A stretch of DNA of 64,000 nt from Paraspadella gotoi (Eukaryota > Animalia > Chaetognatha), in contig CM119264.1 of NCBI GenBank assembly GCA_051294375.1, positions 24,825,316 to 24,889,315 of the forward strand, given 5' to 3'. Shown in pieces: positions 15,106-27,490 of this stretch (its first letter is position 1; every line of letters begins with the position of its first letter). Made by a program: the position numbers and the translations under genes. Under the pieces are notes generated by a model. That model saw only the letters and a program-made list of their open reading frames with translations, was not told the DNA's origin and ran no database searches.

Positions 15106-16158
15106 CTCTCTTCCTCTTAGAATTAAACATTCTGTATAATTCCGCTTGATTTTATGCATGAAGCATTGAAATTTAAAGTCTTAAAAAATAGTTGGTATTT
15201 CGTCGACTAAACTCAAACTCTGTCGTTTAAAATGCTCTAACATTCTCGGACAAAGCTTTATCAGTTTAAACGTCATTTGTTTTGTACTGGCTGTACCAAA
15301 GGTAAAATTCAAAGATTTAAATATGACATCTAATGTCGATAAATTTGAATTAAAGTTTGTCTACTATGTACAACTGGTTTCGAGAGAGAGCGTTCGGTAT
15401 ATGAGAAACGTCTTATGATTTAACTTCCGAGTCGTTTTTTCATTTCGCCGTTGGATTCTCGATTCAAAACGAACGAAGGCATCAAATTAATTTCAACATC
15501 ATCGTCGACTTCGTTTTTGGTCGTTGGCGTTCGATATTTTTGTTTGTCGATTTCGTTTGCATAGTTTAGTTATTTATTTTCTTTGTATTCATTCTTATTT
15601 TTTCATTTGCTCTCCGAACTTTGCATTCTTTACTTTTCCATTTCAATCTAAATCTTCATTACCAATCTTAATTTCGGTCTATTTCTCATTTTAAAGCTTT
15701 TAAAGCTTACGTTTGCATCTTTAGAAGCGTAGATTATAAAGCTACTAAAATAGAGAGCAAAGCTATCAAAGAGAGAGAAACTCGCGAGTGATATTAACTA
15801 TCAAAGAGGTAGCAGCGAGCTTGAGAGATCAACTATCTCAGAGACTCCAACTATCGAGTGAGACCAATGAATCCAGGCCAGAGCAAAAAAAAAAAGCAAG
15901 TTCCACGAACGAACTCGACCAAGAAAACGAGCGAAGGGAAATGAGAGCGGAAAAGATAATCGACTTAAATCTCACGCGCGATTTGAAAGCGATAAAAGCA
16001 TCGCGAAGCAATGATTAGCGATAATTGCTTTTTTTTTCTTTTTTTTTTCTTATCTTTCCCCCTTTTTTTTGAAAAGGATCGTATTTTTTTCTTCGACTCT
16101 CTGTTTTTCCAATGACTTTTTGTTCGACCGTTTGCGTTTTGTCTATTGTCGTCGTCGT

Positions 16159-16201
<43 letters not shown>

Positions 16202-17184
16202 GATTCTCCATTCCGCCGTCAGGGCTCCGGAGACGAGGCTGGGACCGAAGCAGACGCTCCAACGAAATCGTGGGAAAGAAGAAAAAAAAAGAGTTTTACA
16301 ATAGAAACTAAATCGTTGATAATGACGGAGCTAATGACGGAATTGACGGACCGAACGATGGTGGCGTGGCGGTTCAGTAGCGATGTCGGTGGCGTGGCGG
16401 AAGAGTTACGTTGGCGTAGCGGTGGCTGTAGCGCTACGGAAGACTGGCTCACGGTAAAGACGGTTCGAGCGTTGTATTGCCACAATTGGTTCTTTTCAAA
16501 ACGGTTTTTAATTCACCTATTCAAGTATTCATTGATCTTTTTCCACTACTTACAAACTCAACTTTAGGTACAACTCCGTCATTTTTCCCTCCCTCATTTT
16601 GATTCGGGTCGGAACCGCGTTGACCTCACCCGATTTTGTGCCGAGGTCGTCTTAATTCTCAGGATATGAAGCGACACTCGACGCGGCGTCACGGCGTCAC
16701 GCGTCTAGCGGCGGCGTCACGCGTCAACAAGGCGCTAATGACGGCGCCGACGATCCGCATTATGAGTCGACGATGCGGAAAGGTCACCGGAAACGTGGAA
16801 GGCGTGGGGTAGGGAGCGGGTGAGATCTTGGGGTAATGCGGAAGTGTTGGGAGGTGTTGGGAGGTGCGCTGGGAATGCGACAAAGTGGGATCGGAGCTAA
16901 ACGAGGTGAGGAAGGGGGATGTGAGATGAAACTCGCTGGTCTAGTCTCTGTGTAGTGGGATCAGTGGCTTGGCACGGTCCATGCCAACAATTACGGGCTT
17001 GGAAATTGTCATGACAAGGACTTTCGCCGATCGCCTGCGTTTTCGTCGACCCTCGAGTTTCCGGTTCATTTCTGCGGCTCCAACAGAAAAAGAAAAAGAG
17101 AGGGAGGAAGAGAAAAGAAAAGAAAGGAAAGGAAGGAAGTGAAAAAAAAAGGAAGGAAGAGGTAAAAAGAGAAGAGTTGAGAAA

Positions 17185-17437
<253 letters not shown>

Positions 17438-17765
17438 AAAGAAGAAACAAACGCCCAACGACTATACTCTCACTTTGCGAATACGATTCCAAGACTATTA
17501 ACAACTCCTTTTCCATTACTTTCTCCTTTCTTCTCTCTATCTCGCCCCCCTTCCTTGACTTACACCACATCTCTCACTCCGTCCCCTCAATTTTCCTCAG
17601 TTTTCCTTAGTTTTCCTTAGTCTTTCTTAGTTTTCCCCCTCCCACTGATTTTCCCTTCGATTTGAGTCGTCGTGAAGAAAAGAAAAAGAAAACTTTCTTT
17701 TTTCTTTTTTTTTCTTCTTCTCCGTAATGATATTCGATTGCTTCAGAGACAAATTTATTTCATGG

Positions 17766-17834
<69 letters not shown>

Positions 17835-18358
17835 TCTCTCTCTTATCATTGGCGGGTGGCGGCGCGGATGGAGCCAATGAATCGACGATTTGGTTTCGGC
17901 CGAAGTTTCGTGGTCTAAGGAGATGAAGTTTTCCGTTGTAATTTGTGGTTGAATCGTTTTGTGGATCTTGTCCGCATTTTCGTCTTGCCAACCGACTTTA
18001 TTGTCCGTTCGGTCCGCACGATTGTCCCGGACGTCACGGTCGGTGAATTTCGATCACGTGTCCGTCCGCGGGAAGAAAAAAAAAATTATGGAATTTTCCC
18101 CAATTTTTTTTTTTCACTCGATCCCGGCGCCTTTCTTCCCCGGCGCCTGGCACCTGCCGCCGCACCTGCCGCCGCACCTGGCGCCGCCCCTCGCATCTTA
18201 ATGCGCGGCGCCGCCGTCCTTTCCGGCTGACGGCGCCGCCCGGCGGGTCCTTGGCACCGGCGTCGACTTCCCGATCATCTTCATCTTCTTCTTCGAATCC
18301 CTGGCGCATCGTACATCATTACTTTCCAGACGCGAAAATGATGATGACGCTGACGGTT

Positions 18359-18400
<42 letters not shown>

Positions 18401-19497
18401 ACGCCGCCGCCGCCGTCCAGGCCGCCGCTCCCGCCCCCGACAGACTTAAACATAACAAACTTGGAAGTTTAAATCCTCGTTACTACGAAGGGGTTTTTTC
18501 GCCGAGAACGACTCGACGATGAACTTTGCGTTGAGCGCGAAACTGAAGGAAAAAATTATCTGTTTAGTTTCGTTTTGTTTTGTGAAACTTGGAAAACAAA
18601 GTGTCTCATTTCCAGCTTATCACAAATCTTTAACTTTAAAAAGGTAAATTGTACGTATTTATTGAATATATTTCAAGAAAATGAAGTCGGCTGATGAATC
18701 ATTAGAAATGAATTTTGCCGCTGACTTTGACATTGGACGAAAATTCCATTATGCGGAATAACGTTGGATAATTTTAATTCTCGGAATTCATTATTAGTTT
18801 ATTTTAATTCTTGCAACTTGAGAAAAAATGTAAACGAAATGTATTAATTCACTTCGAACTTAAATTCTTTGATGGTTTGGATTTTGTTTTTAAATATCTC
18901 TAAACTCTGATAGTGATTTTTAAATTGTAATAAGATGTGATAGAAAAAACAATTTGTTATACTGCAATCTTTTGTTTAGAGCGTAAAACGAAAAATTCAG
19001 CGTATGGGTCGACAGAGGTCGGCTTAATTCAGACTTATAAAACAAAAGACAATGGATAAAAATGACAATTTCACAGAATCTATTTTTTGAAATGGCAAAC
19101 TCACAACTTGCGAATGATAGTAAGAAACTCAGAAGCTACCAATATAACCTCAAATATATTTTCATGTTGCTTTGAATCTCCAAAAGCCATTGCGCTTTCT
19201 GGCCGACATTGCGCTGCTCTTTTCAGGATTAATAGTAGGCGAAGCTAAACTTGGTAAAACTTCCATCGTTTACAACTTCCTTCAGGGCGCGAACCTGGGA
19301 ACTTTAGCTAACGAATATGTCATCTGATTGTTCAATACAAAGCACTGACAAGCTCACAGTTCTCGGATAGAAAGATTTTCTGTTTTAGAATTTAACAGTG
19401 TATTACACAGTGTGTAACTTATATCCGAGAAATCCTTCGATCGGCGTTATTGCTAGTTTTGTCAATGTACTATAAAATATGGCAATATTTAATAACT

Positions 19498-19543
<46 letters not shown>

Positions 19544-20548
19544 AGGGAATAAACGAATGAGAGATAGAGAGAGAAAAAGAGGGAGATCTTTTAGTATTTT
19601 TAATGATTTCAAGTTTCAACCTTAAACTTAAAGACTATGAATCATCAGAATTTTAGCAGGCAAAAATTTTTGGAGCTGTAAATAAACAGCCTTAAAACAT
19701 TTTATTCTTTTCCTTAAATTAAATTTGGACAGTTTAAATTACAACAAAGAGAAAGCAACAAACCAAGCAAACTTACTTGGAAGCTAGAGTGAGCTTATAT
19801 GTGATAGTTATGGCAGTTTGTGAAAACTAGCCTTTCAGTAGAAAAATACGGGAAAGGAATGAAATAGAAACTTTATATACACAGTCAAAAGCAAATGCAA
19901 AAACAATTCTTTAGGTATCACATGCTTCCAAATAAAAATATTTTATAAAAAAATCTATTAAAATTCAATGGCTAGTTTTCAATGGTTACCATTCGTTCAA
20001 GATGACAAAGATTTAGCACCTGGATGACTAAATAGTTGAGCAGAGTGAAAATTTACTCGTAATCCCAGCTCAATTGGATTGTATAAATGAAATAGGCACA
20101 TAGAATAAAATATGATGCAGTGTATATGCAATACAAAAAAACTGAGACTGACGAAAATTTTTGTGCTTTTCACTCTACTTTCACTAAATATCAAATATAT
20201 TATGAGCAAAAATGGTTAATAGACACTTTAACATAAAAATAATTTCCTTTTTAAATTTTGGTATCAAGAAAAGTTTGTATTAAAACTACTAAAAGGTAAA
20301 ACGAGTAGATATAATATTTTATTCATCCATGAGTCGAAGTGATAAAAAGTGTTTCAGTAATTCTACTTCTTTAAACGAATTTGGTGGTTGCAATCTAATA
20401 TGATTGATATTGAAAAAGGTCTAATTCTTTCCTCTAATCTCAGAATTAATTTGTTGTATAGTTTTTCAACAGTAAAAGAAGTTATAAGAAAAAAAACCAC
20501 TTGAATATATCTAAAAAATGAAACTGCAAAAGTAAAGCGTAGAAGAAG

Positions 20549-23275
20549 TCAAACTGAACCATTAGTAGCCGTAGGCAGTTTTGACAAAACTCCTTTGGCA
20601 TAAGGTACTTTGCTAAGAGAGGCAGTATGGGGCAAAATGGTTTTAGCTATGAGAGACTGATGTTCTCGATTCGAAACATCGATCATTTTTTGTACAACAT
20701 AATTCGCAAATGGATCTTCCTGCCATATGGACGATCATTTTCTTTCCACAGTCTTCAGCTTCGGACAATAAGTTTTCATTGTTTGAATTTTCCGAATTAT
20801 TTTCTACTTTGGAGTCCAAAGTTTTGGAACAAGCGTGTTTTACAACTTATGCTTTTGTGGTGTCCTCAAGCAAAAGATAATGCTTTTTGTAACGACGTTT
20901 GAAGCGAAACTTATGACAAGACAATGAATATAATTTTAACAATAATCTGGTCCATAATGGTTTTTCTTTGTTGGGAAATCCATTTTCTATGATGTGTTGA
21001 ATGGAATAATTACCAATACTGATCTTGACAAATAAAACTAATGCGTTAGGCTTCTAGCATTTCCGAAAAAATCTGTAATCTCATTTCCTGAGTAGCTACA
21101 GCAAATAACGTTCCTGGACGACAAATGAAAACACTATATGGATGCGAAGAAGTTCCAATACATGTCCTGATACCGAAACAACTAATTCTCTGAAGCCGGT
21201 GGCACTCAGTTGTGACGAACGGCCACTGGTTGAAATACATTAGTCGAAAAATGTTGTTCCGCGCTAATGGAATAAATATTCCTCGGCTTACTTTTTCTCA
21301 ATGACTAGAGTAGGCGATCTCGGGCGTTCCTCGTGCATCCAGGCATTTTGCTGAGACGACGTAATTACTAGTGGTAACATCTTGAATCAGGCCGATCAAT
21401 TCTAATCGTTTACTCTCTTGAATTATACATTATTGCACACTTGACGTTCTCGTTGTCAACCACATTCCTAATAATCCTTGAATCACATCGGCACCCCGTC
21501 GCGGGTGAGTGGGACAGAGAGAAGAGATTTGTCTCTTGAACGTGAAATGAGCGCTTTCAATTTGCTCCTCCCCATCCTGGCGGAGAACACTTTTGAACAG
21601 TATGTTGGCGTATCTTGTGTCCCGCGACAAAATCGCCGCCCTTTCTTCGCAAAACGTGACCACTAACTTTGCCTGTTAATCCATCGGGTCGCCGTGAATC
21701 CAATATTTGGCTGCAATACAAAGTTTCCAATAGGAATCATTGACGCCTAAATTTTTCGATTTGTTGACATGGCTTCGGTTGATGATCGGAGCGGCCTTTC
21801 CGGGATTTAAAGTTTCTGAACTATGCACTGGCAACCAACTCTGGATCCGTACGGATCGCGTGCTAAAGTGACGACGTGATTTTTCAAAGAGCCGAAACTA
21901 TTTTCTTGCATCCGTATCCGCGAATCTCCGAGTTTGATGCATTTTTGATACCACCACTATTTCGCGAGATTGCCTGTGACGAGAAAGGAGGCAAAAAGAC
22001 GAGAGTAACTTCGGCCGATATTTTTTCCTTGCACGGAGGCGACCTTTCTCTAATGAGGCTCTTGGATGCCAATAATTTCCAACTGGTCCCTCGGCTAAAA
22101 TCGTATTTTGCGAATAAGATCGTTCGAGATGTGCGAAAGTAAATTTCGAAGAAGCAAACGTCTATAATACGTTGTAATGTTGGCAAAGCGTTTCCCATCN
22201 NNNNNNNNNNNNNNNNNNNNNNNNGAGTCCGTTTTTGTTCCGGGGTGCCGAGCTCGAAAAACTTTTGAACGACGTAATTTCCGAAAGGATGAGTCATCAT
22301 TTGATAAAGACTAGAAAGAATTTCCTTGAAGAGAAGGTTTTTCTCCGAGATGGAGGCGCCGGCGAGACGCTCCTGGAGAAACCGCGAACCGAGCGAGTCC
22401 ATTGAAAATTCACACACGTGATTGGCTATCTCTCGAAGCTGGACTTGCGCCTTTTGGTTCTGATGGATCTTTTCCAAAACGTTCGAGCGTCGACCGGGAG
22501 ACGTTTGAGCCGCCGCTGGACCGGGTCGTTGAGCCGGATTCGCCAGGGGTTGAATGTTCTGTTGAGCTACCGCCGCGGCTGCTGCTGGAGAAGAAGGCGG
22601 CGGCTGATAAAGCGCGAGGGCGTAGACGGTCTGCTGGTGAGATTGCGACGTGTGATGGTGAGGATGGAAGTTCTGCGGTTGAGATGTCGTCAGTTCCAAG
22701 GGGTGATGAGCGTGCTGGTGATGGTGAGGCTGATGATGACTGTGATAACTCGGAAAATGATTCAAACTTCCGAGCGACGAAGACGTCGACGACGACGCCT
22801 GATAAAACCCGGGGTTTTGATTGGTCGAGTAGCTGCCGATTGGGTGAGACTGACTGGTGAACGGAACCGGAACCGAAGGGATCGGCGCCGGAAGTCGAGG
22901 CTGCTGCTCACTGCTCACCGGAAAGCAGTAGCCTTGGTGATTGGCCCTCGCCGGGTGTCTGGGATTGTGCGTACTTCGGGGCGGATTTGAGTGACGGTGA
23001 TGAAGTTTGACGCGCGGCGCTGCGGAAGCGACGCCGGGTCCCGGAGCGGGTCCGTTTTTGAGGTGCGCATGCGCGTACTGTTGATGGTTCATCGCTGGAG
23101 GTTTTTCCGAGAAGGCGTTGTCGCCGTATTGGTTGTGACAGCCTCCCGCCGAGGCAGAATTCCCGTTCTGATAACCGTAGGAGGATGGGCCGATCTGACA
23201 AGCGTTGTAATCTTGTCCCGGTCCATGAGGGGCGAAACATGGTATCGGAAACATTGAATTGCTGCTTATGGGCAT
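20549..23275 (-). CDS. pum: Pumilio/PUF-family RNA-binding protein with low-complexity N-terminus and an expanded PUF repeat array; frameshifted 3' of the gap
   Basis: Clean ORF from ATG 23275 with a His/Gln/Pro/Ala-rich N-terminus, then GRRSNVLE..., R1 (FSMDSLGSRFLQ) and R2 (MMTHPFGNYVVQKFFELG). After a 25-N gap (22200-22224), indel-riddled PUF repeats continue to an intact R8/C-cap EDPFANYVVQKMIDVSNREHQSLIAKTILPHTASLSKVPYAKGVLSKL...SV* (stop at 20549-20551). No introns seen. Confidence 0.88.
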
Positions 23276-26224
23276 GGCACTTTTATCTCATAGTCGAACG
23301 ACGCAGAGGGAACGCGGTAAGGCACTTGAGTATTTTGTGAAACATTAAAGTTAATTTATTTTTTTTTGTGCGGTTTTGTAACGTGACGACGTAGTCAGAA
23401 ACTGGAAAGAAAAGAAAAATTAATCATTATATTATAGGAGCCGCTTCTTTGGTATTTTCAGAATGATTTAACACAACAATACAATATCCCAGGAGCAGAC
23501 ATCTGACCGCTCGCAGAATAACATCTGATTAAATAGATATCGTTTGCACAAAGTGACGACGTCAGTGTGTTAATAAATTATAATTTTTTAAAAAGCTTAA
23601 TTTACTGTTTAACTTTATTGTACCGTAACGAATCATTTTTTTGTGATTCTCCGAAAGTTGTTATCTTAACATATTATTTATTAAATGAATGGATAATTTT
23701 TATATTGGTTGTACCAATTTCATATTAAAGGCACTGGATTTCACCGCTCCATTTCTACTTCATCTCAAGCAACCAAAAAAAAAAATCCGAAATTGGATTC
23801 GGTTTCTTTCAGCGACATCGCGATTTGCAGAAAGCCTTCCATTCTCACGACCGGCGAATATTTTTTTTTTGTTAGGGGGGCAACGAGAGAAAGTGAACAT
23901 CCAGCAGCGTCGATGAACATCACTGAATTTAAGGGCGCATCGCGGTGAGAGATAGAGAGTGAGAGAAATAGATATAGAGACGGAAAGAGATTGTGTGAGA
24001 GTCGGCGAATTTTCGTCTATTTTTTTTTATATTCCGGTCCNNNNNNNNNNNNNNNNNNNNNNNNNNNNNNNNNNNNNNNNNNNNNNNNNNNNNNNNNNNN
24101 NNNNNNNNNNNNNNNNNNNNNNNNNNNNNNNNNNNNNNNNNNNNNNNNNNNNNNNNNNNNNNNNNNNNNNNNNNNNNNNNNNNNNNNNNNNNNNNNNNNN
24201 NNNNNNNNNNNNNNNNNNNNNNNNNNNNNNNNNNNNNNNNNNNNNNNNNNNNNNNNNNNNNNNNNNNNNNNNNNNNNNNNNNNNNNNNNNNNNNNNNNNN
24301 NNNNNNNNNNNNNNNNNNNNNNNNNNNNNNNNNNNNNNNNNNNNNNNNNNNNNNNNNNNNNNNNNNNNNNNNNNNNNNNNNNNNNNNNNNNNNNNNNNNN
24401 NNNNNNNNNNNNNNNNNNNNNNNNNNNNNNNNNNNNNNNNNNNNNNNNNNNNNNNNNNNNNNNNNNNNNNNNNNNNNNNNNNNNNNNNNNNNNNNNNNNN
24501 NNNNNNNNNNNNNNNNNNNNNNNNNNNNNNNNNNNNNNNNNNNNNNNNNNNNNNNNNNNNNNNNNNNNNNNNNNNNNNNNNNNNNNNNNNNNNNNNNNNN
24601 NNNNNNNNNNNNNNNNNNNNNNNNNNNNNNNNNNNNNNNNNNNNNNNNNNNNNNNNNNNNNNNNNNNNNNNNNNNNNNNNNNNNNNNNNNNNNNNNNNNN
24701 NNNNNNNNNNNNNNNNNNNNNNNNNNNNNNNNNNNNNNNNNNNNNNNNNNNNNNNNNNNNNNNNNNNNNNNNNNNNNNNNNNNNNNNNNNNNNNNNNNNN
24801 NNNNNNNNNNNNNNNNNNNNNNNNNNNNNNNNNNNNNNNNNNNNNNNNNNNNNNNNNNNNNNNNNNNNNNNNNNNNNNNNACGAAATGATATTCACCCGA
24901 AAGGACTCACAGTGATCCGGCTTTAAAACTGATAAAACATTATTTAGCCCCGTTTTTTCTTCGAGTTCAAACCGCAAGAGAGATAAAGAGGGGCGACTCT
25001 AAAGCGGGAGAAAGTTTTCTTCGACATTCCGCTCTTGTGTGTCACTTGTATTCTAATAGAGGTCATTCCACATAATGCGATGGCTTAGCCTAACTACTCT
25101 CCTCTTTATCCTCCCTTATATTAGAACAGGAGGATCTCTCTTCTTATGAGAAATTCACCAATCGGGGACTTTCGATCGAATATTTCGACCAATCACGTCC
25201 CTAGCCATGTAGCATCTTCGCCAGTATTGAGACTGTAAACAACAGAGGGCACGAGGAGAGTCTCGTCGCTTTCGTCGTTCGAGCGTTTAATCGAGACGCC
25301 ATTGGCGGATTTCGCTCTTCTCGACTTCTCATTGTTGGATTTCTCGACTGAGCACGCGTCGTCGTCCCCCTTTTTTTTCGCCCTGTTCAGTTTGCATCAG
25401 CTTGGCATACAACACTCTTTCATGCCATTTCATGTATTTCATTAATTAATTCCAATGAGCCTTATTATGCCATCAGTGGTATCAAGTGCAATTCTTAATT
25501 TTTTTTGAATACATAATCATAGAATTCATCGCTAAAGGAACTCTCGCTCTCTTTCGAAACTCAAGCTAAAAAAATACTAAACTCACTCACAACTCACCGA
25601 GCTTCAATGGGCATCATTGCTTTCCTCATTCACACTCCCACAGTGTAGAAAATATAAAAGTGTCACGAATCACATCCCAGTGCGGATAATCGCAAAACCT
25701 GGGCGCCGAGTGAGTGAGCATCCTGCATTCTCCTCAACACCAATAATCCGCCTACTCCACTTTCACGGTCTCTCTCAGCAATGCCTTCCCGCGCTTTGCA
25801 GGCCTTTGGAAACTTTCGCCGCGGCGTTCGAGCCGCTTTTCTGCACGCAGTCGGCCACGCTTGGCGCCCTGTGCATTGCGAGCGTGCGTTGCACCGGACA
25901 TTCACTCCTGAATTGATTATCTCCGAACAGATTTTCAGTAAATGATGTTCGTAACGTGGTCGCTGTCCAGCGACTGTGGCAGTGATTGGTTGGCGAGAGG
26001 AGTAGGAATTGGAGTGGAGAGAGAAAGAGAAAGAGAGAGAGAGGAGAGAGAGAGACGAGAGAGAGAAGAGAGAGAGATGAAGAAAGAGAGAGAGAGTAGA
26101 GAGGGGGGCAACTTTAACGGACGCCAATTTTTTTATCATCGCCAAGAGAGACGGAGTTCACTCTAGAGAGAGAGAGATAGAAAGAAAGAAAGAAAGAAAG
26201 AAGAAAGAAAGAAAGAAAGAAAGT

Positions 26225-26255
<31 letters not shown>

Positions 26256-26904
26256 CAAGAAAGAAAGAAAGAAAAAATGAAAAAAGAAAGAAGAGAGAGA
26301 AGAGAAGAAAGAGAGAGAGAGAGAGAGAAGAAGAGAGAGAGAAGAGGGTCACAAATTTCGCACTCGAGTTTTGGACTTTTCGCTTGTTTGACTTTTGGGT
26401 TAATTGTTTACGGTTTTGTTTGTTCGTCTAATTTCGGTAAAAGATATAAGCGTTTGAAAGTAAGTAAACTTTTGAAAAAGTAAAAATAAAGTAAAGATAA
26501 AAATAAAATATTAAGGTATCGGTAAATTTTCAGTAAATGTGAAATATTATTTTCCACTTCATTGATACGGAAGCCAAGTGCTCTGGGGAGTGAATAAATC
26601 AGAGGGTGAGAGAGCCTTGATTTAAAAGCATGTAGGGAACTCCAATGTCATTATCGTTGTTTACGATTGATTGGAGACCTTAAAACCACTGAAGCCTTGT
26701 CTAAAGTCAGGAGCAAGATAGATTATATAATTTGAATAATATATATATAGAAATATATGGTTGTAACAATTTTCATAAATAAAAAAGGAAGAACTTGAAT
26801 TGAAAGATTGATCAAAGGAATAAGAGAAGAAAGAAAGAAAAAATTAATAATAAGAAAGCATATGAAGAGAGTATGTTAGAATAAAGAGCAAAGTGAAATT
26901 GGCA

Positions 26905-27490
26905 GATCAAAATTCAAATAAGTTATCTATGAACAGTCTTGCATCTATAAGACATCATTATTTTTTTTATTAAAATTATGACTCTGCAATTTTCTGGATT
27001 AAGCTCATATTTATACATTGTACTCACCATAGAAAATGTCAAAAATTTAAAAATAGTTTTTATTTTAGTTTTGAAAGCAGCTTCGGAATTCCATCATAAA
27101 AAGTTTTATAAAAAAAATATAAATTTTAATTCAGAATGTACATAAAGCTAAAAATTTAAAAAATATATATTTTTTATACAAAAAATTATAATAAGTACAT
27201 TTTTTTTTTGGATTTTGAACCCCATTTGACCCCATAATTTCCTAAAAGAGTTACTATTTTCTTTTATCACTTTCTCGTGAGGGAATTTGAATCTAATTTC
27301 AAAATAAGAAATAGACATTTTAACTTGTTGAAAATTTTTCTATGGCCATAGTAACTATATATATAAATATAATGCAGCTAATGCAATAATTGTCAAATTA
27401 ATTTTTTTTATTTAAAAAATGTACACAAGGTACAAGCCTGTTAGGATCTTACTTTTTAAATATTAATTCTAACTTTGATTAAATGATTTT
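26905..27490. mobile_element. Diverged copy of the 9.3-9.8 kb foldback MITE family
   Basis: Shares ATGAACAGTCTTG, ATATTTATACATTGTACT and CTTTTATCA-type blocks with 9291-9836. Confidence 0.6.

Noticed and set aside
19874-19881. TGTATATA Pumilio response element downstream of the PUF stop (possible autoregulation)
   Set aside because: A single 8-mer in very AT-rich DNA with unknown UTR extent; expected by chance
21884-22199. C-terminal ~105 aa of the 463 aa ORF as the true PUF C-terminus
   Set aside because: Mostly out-of-frame read-through; PUF motifs continue in shifting frames down to 20549
22402-23257. Plus-strand ORFs overlapping the PUF gene
   Set aside because: Antisense shadows of a GC-rich coding region
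23959-24977. Long ORFs of about 300 aa
   Set aside because: Composed almost entirely of N gap
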